Shown here in pieces: positions 49,935 through 62,493 of a stretch of DNA of 64,000 nt. Location of the stretch: the NCBI RefSeq assembly GCF_037042905.1, contig NC_087245.1, positions 17,300,001 through 17,364,000 of the forward strand, given 5' to 3'. The notes beneath the pieces were generated by a model. That model was not told the origin of the DNA. It saw only the letters and a list, made by a program, of their open reading frames with translations, and did no database searches. This DNA is from Lytechinus pictus. Its lineage: Eukaryota. Numbering within the stretch: the first letter of the stretch is position 1; each line of letters opens with the position of its first letter. Position numbers and translations under genes: made by a program.

Positions 49935-50762
49935 ACCTGGGGGCCGTTTCATAAAGCTGTTCGTAAGTTAAGAGCGACTTTAAGAACGACTGGTGATCCT
50001 TTCTTACGCGCTTAATCATTGCCAATTGTCATTTTATCTTTAAAATATTTTATTTTATCTCTTAAATTGAAATTGGTATTTTGAGATGACATTTTATCTC
50101 TCAGATAAAATTTTAAATTTTATCTTGCGTATCAATTTTGCTTATCTACAGATGATACGCAACAGAGCAGTGCCTGCGTAGACATACCAATCGCGTATCT
50201 GGCCATTGCAACGCGGATGATGTGCTTGCGCCCATGTTACTATGAAGAAAAAACAAATAAACTTAAGAGGGTAGGGGCTATTTTATCTCCACGACGTTGA
50301 TTTCATCATTATTTCTAGGTGAATTAACTCCAAATGTTGACATGAAAATGAAATTTTTTTAAAGATTTATTGAGAATAACACCTTAACGTTATTCCTGTA
50401 CAATCAGGAAGTATTTCATGACTTTTCTTACTTTTATTGCCTTTGAAATGATGCTTGAAAAGATGCGATATAAACTTCGAAAAAAAGATAGAGTATTGTC
50501 ATTTTTTTAAAGAAATCTCTGTAAAGACTCGCAAGCGTATTTGAAGTCAACACATTGACGCAATCTCACTCCTTTGCCACATCTGGCGGAATGGATTTCC
50601 ATAGGTTGAGTAATATGAGAGAGCTATAAAAGCACGTTTCTAATTGGATATCGATTAAAAAATAGGTGTGTCTTGCAGAGATAAAATGAAGATAAAATTG
50701 TTCTCAGAATAGCAATTCGGAGAAATTTTAAGGGTATTTTATCTCACTGATTTTAACGGAGA

Positions 50763-51294
50763 TAATAAACAAATATATCAGGCTTTGAGAAAGTATAGTG
50801 GAATTAATCATCCGAGGTTGGTCTGGCAATTACTATTTTTCCCGAGGGGCGACGCCCCGAGGGAAATATAGTAGTTTTGCCAGTCCAACCGAGGATTAAT
50901 AATTCCCACTATGCTTTCGAATGAAACGCCTGATATATTTGTTTTATATCCTACTTTTAATAATTTATAACCAAAATATATGCGCTGAGCTTGCAAAGTC
51001 CGGTTACTTGCGTTGAATTACCTACTTTTCTCTGAGCCACTGCGCTCAGCGGAACGCAGATTAGTGCCTGCGCCGATGCATCGCGGGACTTGCCCGGGAG
51101 AGAGAGAGAGCTGGCCGGTGCGCCCGAAAGTTTAGCTAGATATCCAGTTTTCTGTAATAATGACGTCAGAATATTGGTATAGCGAAAAATATATCAAGGT
51201 CTGACGTCACGCAACATCATAGTTGAAATATATTCGGTCACATGATGCTATTTGAACCAATCACTATACAGGATTCAATCTATGTAGGATATAA
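50763..51294 (-). mobile_element. Crypton-like non-autonomous element, full length, reverse orientation
   Basis: Reverse complement of 45630-46130 with the intact hairpin (loop ggggcgacgcccc). Confidence 0.75.
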
Positions 51295-51305
51295 AATATT
51301 TTATT

Positions 51306-51674
51306 TTATATCCTACATAGATTAAATCATGTATGCTGATTGGTTTAAATAGCATCATGTTACCAAACATATTCTCACTATTTTGTGATGATGAAACGCC
51401 CTCTGAAGAAAAATTGCTATTCCGTGACGTCACAGATGACGGCGCGTTCCGCGCTAGGTCATTCAGCGCAGCGGGTTACTTCGTTAAGATTTAAAAAAGG
51501 ATGAAATACGAGTACAAGAACTAGATTATCAAGATATATTGCTCAAACCTATTAAAGTAGGATATAAAACAAATACACCAGGCCTTTATAACGAAAGTAT
51601 AGTGGGAATTATTCATCCTCGGTTGTACTGGCAAAATCACTGTTTAGTAATGCCAGTCCAACCTCGGATGAACT

Positions 51675-51675
<1 letters not shown>
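51306..51675 (+). mobile_element. Crypton-like non-autonomous element, short subfamily, head-to-head with the previous copy
   Basis: ttatatcctacatagatt..gtaggatataaaacaaata..catcctcggttg..aacctcggatg, followed by (TA)n at 51676-51750. Confidence 0.65.
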
Positions 51676-51751
<76 letters not shown>

Positions 51752-54554
51752 TATTAACCTTTTAGGGTATTTTGTAAACAACCTAAAATGTGTGAGATTA
51801 GTAATGACGTCACATCATGTTTACTTCTTTCAGTTGTTTACAAGTGGCGAAGCCATACTTCTAATCATTGACGGCACTGTGACGCACCATGGATCATGTC
51901 ATTATGAAAGGATGAAAATCAAGATTAAAATTTTTGTGAGAAAATGTCCACACTTATTTAATTCAGAAAGTACAGCCCTTATATTCAACCAGATAAGTCA
52001 CATCAACTTATTTAAATGAGTAAATTTGGTTCGTATAACAAATCTGTCAAAATTTAAAAAAAAAGGGGATGTACATTTATGTTTTTAGTTGAATATCAGA
52101 TAAACCCGTTAAAATGCGAACCTGCGTCAAAATGATTATTCTCGTTCATAATTCCATTCAAACCTGAACAAGTTTAAGTTTGTGGATAACTCATATAAAA
52201 CTAGTTATTCAATTTATTTTTCAATATAACTGGTTTTCTAAGAATAGATACATTCTAACATTGACACGAGATCGAGTTTCTAAAATTGCCACATTTCTAT
52301 TTCACAAATATTGAATTTTGTTATGTCACATAAAAACATCTGGTCCACGCGTAACTAAACTGCACACTCATTTTATCACTTTGCTATTTGTATTTTAAAT
52401 GTCTGCATTAGAGAAGTAGAGCTATCAATCCATTAATAATGCTTCAAATTCGGTATAGATTTTCGCAAATTTCTTATTAGATTCATTGTTGATAACATTT
52501 CAACAAATTACCTAATAGGCTTAGAATATAATTATCGGTAAGCCTTAACAGTGTGAAATTGTAGTTCTTATTGTACACTAACTGTATGAAATGTCTCAAA
52601 GAAGCCTTATATTTTTATTTACCAGTGAAGCCCAAGTCTATGGTTTCTAAACTAATGAAATGCTCAAATTTAACAGTGTGAAAGTGATTGCATATTGTGT
52701 TTTACACTGAAAACACATTGTGGCACATACTTTGTGTTCTTCGCAGTAGGGATATTACATGGTATATGGGGGAGCTGCTCGTGTACCACGTCGCAAAATA
52801 ACACTTTAAAAATTTCCTTATTCTCATGAAACTTTCATCAATATTTGTATCTAATTTGTCTGCTTTTATTAGAACCAACCTATCATCGGGTGTAAACTAC
52901 CCCTTTAATACAATGGTTCCTGAAATAAAATTAAAAATTGTGTCTTCCTAGTTTTTACCTAAATTGAAACATATGATGATCCATGTTTGAAATGTTCTGT
53001 CATTGACTTTCATATCATTAACATAAAATCGCGATAACATGAGTGTTTTTTTTTAAAGGTTGACTTGGAAAGATATCATAGTCGTTTCGATTGACCAGTT
53101 TGAAGCCAGTCAGCACAATATATGCGTAGAATTACCGAACATGAACTGAAAAAACGATAAATAAGGTTCGAATATTTGGTTACAAAAAGATCATAGTAAC
53201 AACTTTGAATATAGACTGACAACACTGCGGAAAAGCATCGCAAGACAAGAATTCATTAGATGAAGCCATATCTTTTGCTGAATATTTAAACAATCTCGAC
53301 ATTACAAAGAATAAGTTTAATAACGTCATGTCTAACGCACACTATATATTATTGTTTACAAGCACAGAAGCCATATTCATATCATTAAGGAGATAAGTCA
53401 GGGAACACTTCCTCGATTTACTTGTAGACAATAGATCAGTCTTATAATGACGGTATTAATGACATTGGTATGGGTATTTTTTCGTTCATTTATCTCCATG
53501 AAGCCATATATATTTTCACCAGTTACGAAGGATATCATGTATACAATACGGAAGGTGTGAAGATTGTTGTTTTGTTGGTATTGTAACGATGCAATACTTA
53601 AATAATGCAGATATGTAACATGTTCACATTATACAAGTAGGCCTTAACCAATAAAATTAAGCCGTATATATCACATCCCGTAATGTTTTGATTCTCCATT
53701 AAATAACAAATTCTATCGCATTGCTCCAATACACATTTGATTCCTAACCTCTCTGTATAAGGTCGCTAAATAAGAGTGAGCAGAGATATTTTGTAAACAA
53801 TAAGAAAGGTGTGATTAATAATGAAGTGACCACAGACGTACTTCCATTCTTTTTGTTAAAGAAGCCATGAAAGAATGTATTTTTTACTTCAAAATGCTTC
53901 TTTTTTAACAAAAGAAGTCAAGCCATTTGACAATTTCTTTCAACTAATCTTTCTTAACCATTCAAATCAAACACAGAATCACCCTCAACACATAATATAT
54001 AGGTCAGTTTTTAATGAAATTTTTACAGTATATGCTATACACACAAAATGTTCAGGTGGTCTTTAACTGTTGGTAAAATAGTAATGAGGTATATCGTATG
54101 GCCTTTAAATTATCGAATAATTTCACATCATGTTATATCAGATATACTTATATAGATCATGAGCAAAATAGTACTGTTCGTTACAGGGATGTTACAATTC
54201 GTAGAAAAAACGTTTTAAAGGGAGGCATATTTCAAACAAACTCTGCATGTTAGTTGTCCCCTCCCTTCATTTCAATATCAGGCTTCATATTTCTTGTTGA
54301 TGTACGAAAGATGCATTTATTTGAATCAACTTATTATTGGGGTAGACTCGGCCTTTAATGATGAAAATGAAAGCGGCGATGTAGGAGGCGGTGATAGTGA
54401 TGGTGATGTCGGTGATGATGACGAAACATGATGGAAAAAATTATCAAACAATTTGTAACGATATTGCAGGATTGGAGCCTTTGTTTTGAATTGAAGTTGG
54501 TGATTTATGTTATTACCGTAATTAATATCAGTTGCGTATAGTAGATACATCACC

Positions 54555-55398
54555 TGAATTTGTAATATATATCTTTGCTCATTTCCAAATTTGAAAAAAT
54601 GCCACAAGAAGTCATATTCCTTATCAACCTTCAAGCATATTTTGTAAACAAGTTGGGAGGTGTGAGATTAATAATGACGTCACATCATATACTTCTTTCA
54701 GTTGTTTACAACTGGCGAAGCCATACTTCTAGTCAGTGACGGTACTGTGACGCACCATGCATCGTGTCATTATGAAACGGCTAGAACCAACATTAAAATA
54801 AATTATAAAACTTCTTAATAAAATTTAAAAAAAATCCTCATTTTTCAATGATTCATAAAGTACAGTCCTTATATTCAACCTAATTAAGTACCATGAACTT
54901 ATTCAAATGATTAAATTTGGTTCATAAAAAACAAATTTGTCAAAAGTACAAAAGAACGGGATGTAAATCTATGTTTTGAATTTGTAATATATATCTTTGC
55001 TCATTTCCAAATTTGAAAAAATGCCACAAGAAGTCATATTCCTTATCAACCTTCAAGCATATTTTGTAAACAAGTTGGGAGGTGTGAGATTAATAATGAC
55101 GTCACATCATATACTTCTTTCAGTTGTTTACAACTGGCGAAGCCATACTTCTAGTCAGTGACGGTACTGTGACGCACCATGCATCGTGTCATTATGAAAC
55201 GGCTAGAACCAACATTAAAATAAATTATAAAACTTCTTAATAAAATTTTAAAAAAATCCTCATTTTTCAATGATTCATAAAGTACAGTCCTTATATTCAA
55301 CCTAATTAAGTACCATGAACTTATTCAAATGATTAAATTTGGTTCATAAAAAACAAATTTGTCAAAAGTACAAAAGAACGGGATGTAAATCTATGTTT
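54555..55398 (+). repeat. Recent 422-bp tandem duplication (54555-54976 / 54977-55398)
   Basis: The two copies read identical except for about one position. Confidence 0.92.
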
Positions 55399-56316
55399 TC
55401 AGATAAATATCGGATACTTAAGCTCGTTAAAATGCAAACATGCGTCAAAATGGATCAATTAAATTCTTAGTATGTATTAATTGTATCAATGTCTAAAAGA
55501 AGCCTTATATTTTGAGTAACTAATGAAGCCCAAGTGTATGGTTTTCAAATTAATTCATTATCAGATTAAAATTCCATACAATGTCTAAGATATTACCTTT
55601 ATGTACAAAGGGTCGATTCGTCTCATTTACCCACTCCCTCCTACTTTTATCATATTAATCATAAGTTGTGGTAGTTTAATATTGATTAAAAAAAGACCAG
55701 CTATGATGCTACTGATTCGTTCATGGCGGTAAAATTTACAAAAGTCATACGCTCCGTTAGCTTTTGTTATCTTGCGTAGATGGCAATATAGGCCTAATGT
55801 ACATGTACATATCATTATATGGAATGATTCAGAGACAAAATTGAGGTAGATTTTTTTTATATCAAAAGAGAAAGATTTATCCTTTAAACTGATATTCCTT
55901 TTCTGGTTGTTTTTATCGCTTCTATTCTATGGACCAACGGTTAAAGAGGGGAAAGGCACGCTGTATTCTATTGAGAGAGTGTGTGTGTGGGGAGACAAAG
56001 AGGGTGATGATCTGATGGCCGAGGTGCTTAATATATTCCAGACTGACCTGGGAAAAGAGGAGCTGCATGGTGATTTCAGCGAGCTGCCGATGGTGCATCA
56101 TCGGGCTAGATCACGAACGTGGTTTGTTGCTTAGCAAATCTATAACCAGTCCCTACGTATGGGAACCTATATTGCTGAGTATCTAATATATGCTTCCTCT
56201 TGCCAATTAAACCCCTTCCTCTGTGCGTCAGTCTATAAATCCTGAATATTCATAACATGTGTATGGTGCTAAAAAGAAAAAAAAGAGGGGATATTTATAA
56301 TAGAATTCGAGCCTAT

Positions 56317-56760
56317 GCAACCATGGCAACCATTTCCCCGTGGGGTATACTATCTACCCCTTTTTAAAAAAACACTCTCTCGCTCTCTCTCTGCTCATAC
56401 ATTTGGATGTAGGCTTAAGCGTTGCTGTATGGGAAGGTGCATGCATTTCGCTGATTAATATGCGGGCGATGATTGCGGTGGGGTGTACGTTAGTACGGAG
56501 CTTATCGCCGAAGAACGGGCCGTCCGATATTAGATTACTGACGTCATTCGATGACGCGTTAGGCCCTAGGATACGGTAATATCAGGGTGAGGCTATCAGC
56601 TTGTGACGTAGTTTCTGACGCACACATGGCTGCTCCGACATCAGCATTTGTCGCAAAAAGCGATGGGCACACGTCAGTAGGCCGCGTCCACGGCGACGCA
56701 TACAACCCGTTTACGATTCTCTCCTGAAACACAGCGCTCGCTCTATATCCGGTCAGCTCT
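56317..56760 (+). promoter_or_regulatory. Putative promoter: CpG-richer island with X-box-like motif and clustered CRE sites
   Basis: GCAACCATGGCAAC at 56317. TGACGTCA at 56539. Half-CREs TGACG at 56552, 56604 and 56616, and CGTCA at ~56672. Followed by exon-like sequence ending in donor GAG|GTAAGC at 57040. Confidence 0.45.
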
Positions 56761-57769
56761 TTTTTAGTCTTTATTCGGTAAAGTTTTATTTAAAAAAATA
56801 TTCGTAAACAAGCTTTTATTCCTTTTACAGACATTTAACAAAAGGACTAGCTCGATCCCGCCCCTATACGACGTTATAGTAACTTTTTCATGTAACCACC
56901 ATTCACTGTCGACCAGCACAATAGTAGGACTGGACTCTTTCTGTCGTGGTACAAAACATCCAAGGAACTAGTCTTTTATTTACTAGAAAGGACTTTAAAT
57001 GGCGACAAAATATCTGCAAAGAAGTCATCATTCTTTAGAGGTAAGCAGAGCTTTCGATATATATCTATTCCCAATCTATTTACTCATGGGATGCTTACTA
57101 TGATTAATGCATGTGAGTGTATGCCTAGTATTGGCAGAGGAATGATGATGGTTGCTAGTAAAGAGGACTGTATTACAAATTATTGTAGCTCTCATAATTA
57201 CATTGAATGCATTATACACGATTTCCTTTGTTGCCATGTGATGACTGATACCTCGACGAGCCGTATCAGCTCAGAAAACCCGAACAAAAGCTAGCTTACG
57301 AGAACCGCACTCCTATTCACAGACGATGTGTGCGTGAGCGTGTGTGTGAGGTCGAGATGTACGAGTGTGAGGGAAAGAGCGAGAGTGTGAGTGATACTGA
57401 GACAGAGCTCATAAAACATCAGATCAATAAATACCATGTTAGTATCATACATCAGAAGAAATGATAAAAAAGGTAAAATTCTGTAAAAAAAAAAAAATCG
57501 GTATCAGGCGTGATACGAAGGTCACTGGGTTATCAAGCGCACGTGTGTGTAGGAGAATGAAGTCTACACTACCTCATCCTATATTTGATTTTTATTGAAA
57601 CTATCTTCACCCTTATTGTTTATCAACTGTCCGTATAAGTAATCTAGGGAGACAGCATAATGAAGTGATTTTTTTATCCGAAGAAATGTCTATGATGTTA
57701 TCACCACTACCATCAATAATACTACACCTACTAAAGCAATTACATCTACCTGAACCCTGACAATACTAA

Positions 57770-58555
57770 TACTATACTAGTACTACTACTATATACTTCT
57801 ACTTCTACTACTACTACTTCTACTCTCCGCTACTACTAGTACTTCTACTCTTATCTTTTCTACTTAGCCCACAACTACTAACGTTAGTTTCTAACTGCGG
57901 GTGCTACTTCCGCTGTATAGTTATTTAAACTTTGTTTTTATTTACAGAACCTTCAGTACTTAAATGCATGCTAGTACAAGTCCATTGAACTTCTTTATTT
58001 CAAACTGTCTAACTACCATTCTTTTTTCATCTGTGGTTATAGATCTGGTGGGTCCTATTATCCATACTACTGATGTTATTTTTTATATTATTACTACTAC
58101 TCCTACTTCTACTACTTATACTACTACCACCACCACCACTACTGCTACTACCACTTTAACACTGCTGCTGTTACTGCTACTACTACTATAACTATACTAT
58201 AACTACCACTTCGGTTTACAAATCATCCTTTTCATCTCGAGATCTACTATCACGGACTGATCATAAATTAAGTACAAGTATGCTGCCTCAGTGACTTTGA
58301 ACTAAAATATCGATAATTTTATACAACTTGATGTTGAAAAAATACTACGTGTAATTCTACTGGTACTGCTACTATTGCTATTCCTACTACTTTTTGTCCT
58401 ATTTCATCACTTGTACATCATATCACATCACCTAGTACTGCTACTAATTCTACTACCAATACTACTACCACCATCACAACCATAACGCCGACCACCTTTA
58501 CTACAGTATCTACTAATACTTCTTCTACTATCACTACTACTTATACTACTACTTA

Positions 58556-58611
<56 letters not shown>

Positions 58612-58720
58612 TTACTACTACTCTACTATTATTACTACTACTGCTACTACTACTATCGCTACTACTACTGCTTCTTTTACTACTTCAACCACCACTATCA
58701 CCACCACCACCATCACCACT
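57770..58720 (+). repeat. (TAC/CAC)n microsatellite-rich tract
   Basis: Direct inspection; the purest run is ~58555-58610. Confidence 0.9.
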
Positions 58721-60561
58721 GATATAACCAATTAATTTGTAAAACATATAAAACAAGACGATGTTAACTTAATCTTCTTTTTCTCTGCTATGACAAGCAA
58801 GTAAGTGATGGAGAGAATAAACATACTATATATATGTTTGAAAGAGCAGCTTAAACCGAAGGGAAAGTGAAGTCCTTTATCATAGTAAAAATTGTATCCA
58901 CTCTTCCTCGCTTTTAATCAAGTCGTGAAGATTTTTTGAATCCCACACACCAGCAGCTCAAAAATAATTAATTTTCATCAAAGATTATGGAATACACAAC
59001 CATGAAAACATAACATTTTTGCAGTCTAATCAACAGTATTAAATCTTATCGACAAAATAACAACTAGAAATATAACCTACTTGATTAGGAGGCAAAGAGT
59101 GCAACCCTTCTTTCTTTTAAATTTTCGTTACAAGAGATTTTGGGGGTATTTCCGTTCAAATTCATATTGATGGTCATATATATATCTATGGTTTGATATG
59201 GTTGAATGGTCTGGAGCTGAGTTTATACATGTCTAGCTCTGACTAATTGCATGACAAGTATAATTAAATATTGCATGTTCATTGAATGATGTTCAATTGG
59301 TACCCATCAAATATTTTTCAATTCCATGCAAGGTAGCACATAATAAGAAGGATAAAAAAGGAAGCCATTTCATAGTGACGTATGGACCTGGGCTTCTTCT
59401 TATATAAAACAACGAAAAAAATATAGTACATGACGTCATGACGACACTATTGAGCTCAATACATGTAAAAGGAAACCTTTTAAGTCTTCTTAAATTTCGA
59501 AATTTGGTATTAAACCAGAGACACATAAATGTAACTCGTCATTCTTACTTGGTTTTCAAACACCTTAAAACCTTGCAATATATTATCTAAGTTTCTTATG
59601 TGTTGAATACGGTTGCAAAGTTTCTCCATGTATTCTCGGATCCAAGAATCTAGCAGGACTTACTTCATGGTAATGAATTTATTAATTTATTTCAGTTTGA
59701 TTTTATGTAATAGGACCGATCTTTTCACATTATATATTGTCATACTAGAACCGATGTTTACATTATCTGTCAAAGTATTTTTACATGCATATGAATCTTC
59801 CTCTTTTGCGGAATAGGGCAAGAGGTTTTGACTTCTCAATTCGTGTTTATCATTATTGTTGGAATACGGAATGAGACAGTGACCCTGAAAGAAAGAACCT
59901 TTGCTGATTATGATTAAGATGGAAGTCATTTCATTGGCAACGTAACGGAAGGTGATGGGTAAGAAAATACTGATGCTCTTTCCAAAATGTCACAAAAGAT
60001 CACCCCACTGGCTTCTGGCATTTCAACGATCCTTACCCTTAACTAACATTCCTCGCTGCATCGCCATTTCGGTTTCTGACATTAAACCATCAGACCAGCT
60101 TGACTGTGCTCCCATCTCTGATGCCACGAGGGAATGCAATGCAGCTATGTGCATGGTGTGAGTTGTCGCTCGAGAAAGGTTTGGGAGCCATTCCGCTCCG
60201 ACTGTTTCCCCCTGGTGGCATTTTGGTAGAACGTTCTGGAGATATTTAGATCGTGACATGAGCCCAAAATTTTGACAAAGTAGATAGTATCAGATGCTTT
60301 ATAGCATCACTGTGCGTTCTTATTCAGTCCAGTCCAGGAGCAAAACCTGTACGGAATCACATGTCTACCAGTCTTCCAGGCTCCCTTCTTAGTATGGATG
60401 CAGGACAAGTCCCAGGTCTTAAAACGTGTAACTAGTTGATTGAAAAGTATAATGAATGTAGATCACACGTAAGTTAAAAGGATGAATTGATAAGTTCATT
60501 TCGTATTACTGCATTTTTGTATATTTTAACCTATTTTGTCTTATTTTCTTTTCTTTTTCAG

Positions 60562-61089
60562 GTACTCACTTGGAATATGACTAAACTAAATAAAATGGAA
60601 TACTATGGAACTTACGACGATCATGGTTAATTAATGGAACACTCTCTGGATGACATAGTGCAAGAGTGGGTTGATTGCCTCACGATTAAGAAAGAGCGAT
60701 CATGTGGAAAACGTGGATCTCCATTTTCTAGTCATGGATCTGACAGCCCGACATTGAAGTCCTAAAAATGATAATAAACAAAATGGAATATTTCTGAGGA
60801 ACGCACACCATGATTTCCATCTCCATTGCTATTGTTTTAATTATCGAATGGCGTCTCCTTGTCTGATTCATGCGCCTTCTTTTACTGGATTACAATACTT
60901 CCAAGACGAACCGGGCGTGGCTGTGTATTTATAGATTTACAACGGCCTACCATTCCTTCAAAACGATCACCAGAATCTTGACTTGTTATGAATGACTCTG
61001 GTAGACCAAGATATCATCAGTGACGTCACAATAGCCAATACTACCAAGGTCGTGCTTGCCTCGATGTGTATGAAATCCATTGTACGATG
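60562..61089 (+). other. Candidate exon of a plus-strand transcript (coding status unclear)
   Basis: Strong acceptor ttattttcttttctttttcag| at 60561 and donor ATG|GTAAGT at 61089/61090. Sequence is non-repetitive. Confidence 0.4.
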
Positions 61090-61930
61090 GTAAGTTAGAT
61101 TAAATTTCACCTTACATTTTAGATTGCTTACAGTGTTCAGAGGCTCATTCATTCATACTCAGAACATCTTGATGGATTTTTCTTTGCCATGGTACACACC
61201 CAGCATGTTGCATTCATATAGAGCTAAATAATACATACAGCTATCCATGTATTTACTGTGAATATTTTGGTTCAGAGCATTATTGTGTGTTTTGTACGCC
61301 TTGTTCTTGTTGTCTCTGCACAAAGAATTATAAGTTGGTTGATTGCATGATCCTTATTGCAGTTTCTGTGGGTAAATATATGATATGGCTGCATCACTTT
61401 AATTAATATCTCGTCTCTTCCTGTATGCAAATATATTGGAAAATATCTATTTATTTCAGTAACTCATCAATATTTTTCGATCTGGCCGGGAGATATTCAT
61501 CTGAAAAAGTGCATGACCTAACTACGATGAAAAAAACTTTTTTAAAATCTTGATATTCAGAAAAAAGGCATTGAGATAAAAATTGCACACACTAAACTCG
61601 TTATTTCAGCTGATTTGCCCTTGATACCCTTTGGGTGTTGAAAATTTGAATTCCACGTGGCCTTCAATATTCTATCGTATTTTCCATATGCCAAAGAGAT
61701 CAACTTTGAGATAAACCCAAATGTCATGAGTAGATCAAGTAAACCTAGGCAAATTCTTGCAGCCGTTTAAATCCTTCCTGAAATGGTGTAAGGGCAAAAA
61801 GCATAGTTATTTGAAAACTATCTTTGCATATTTACAGGACAACCAAATATTTTATGGGACTAACGTCTTCTACAGACATATCCTTTCAGTGTGAGAGCAC
61901 TTTTCATTTTATTCCCCAAAAAGCGCCTAA

Positions 61931-62493
61931 AAGATCAAGTCCATCCAAAAACAAGTTGCTTTTATACATACAGAAAAAATGAAAGCATATAACGTGACAT
62001 TCGTCAAAATGTAATGTGATATATACAGCATTTGAAATTTAAAAACAGTAACAAGCGATTTGAAAACGATAGAACCGTTGACGTCACCTACTCACTATTT
62101 ATTTTGTATTTCATTATACTGTTATATGAAACGTGAAAACATTCAGATCTTTCTTCTGAAAGTAAAAATAGAATGATTTTCACGCCACTTTAGGCATCAT
62201 ATGCAATCGAAGTAATAGTATCTCAAGTTTCAATCAACAGCTTTTTTATTATCGAACCTACAAACTCTGTAAACAATTGATCTTTCATATAATATGATAA
62301 AAAAGGAAAGTTGAGTGTTTGATATCATCGCTCCTCTTATTTAGATGTTGCCCGTAATATAAATGAGAGTCTTGTGATAAACTTTTTAGTGTCGTTGCTT
62401 ACTCTTATTCTTACTTTAAATCCAAGTTTGATTGCCTGTTGGATTTTTGTTTCTCTATTCAAATTGAAATGTAGTTTGGATGAACTTGACCTT
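61931..62493. mobile_element. Degenerate Kolobok-like MITE
   Basis: taaaagatcaagtccatcca is mirrored by tggatgaacttgaccttttaa. Confidence 0.55.

Larger units (their letters stand above)
46125..55560. repeat. Old tandem duplication of a non-coding ~3 kb core (copy 1 46125-52763 with many insertions; copy 2 52764-~55560)
   Basis: Colinear matches: 46130/52765, 46590/53255, 47170/53540, 48840/54080, 51790/54660 and 52600/55500. Confidence 0.8.

Noticed and set aside
59900..61500. MicroRNA hairpins in the putative intron or exon
   Set aside because: I found no match to conserved bilaterian miRNAs I can recall and no convincing ~60-nt hairpin by eye. A miRBase/MirGeneDB search would be needed to exclude them.
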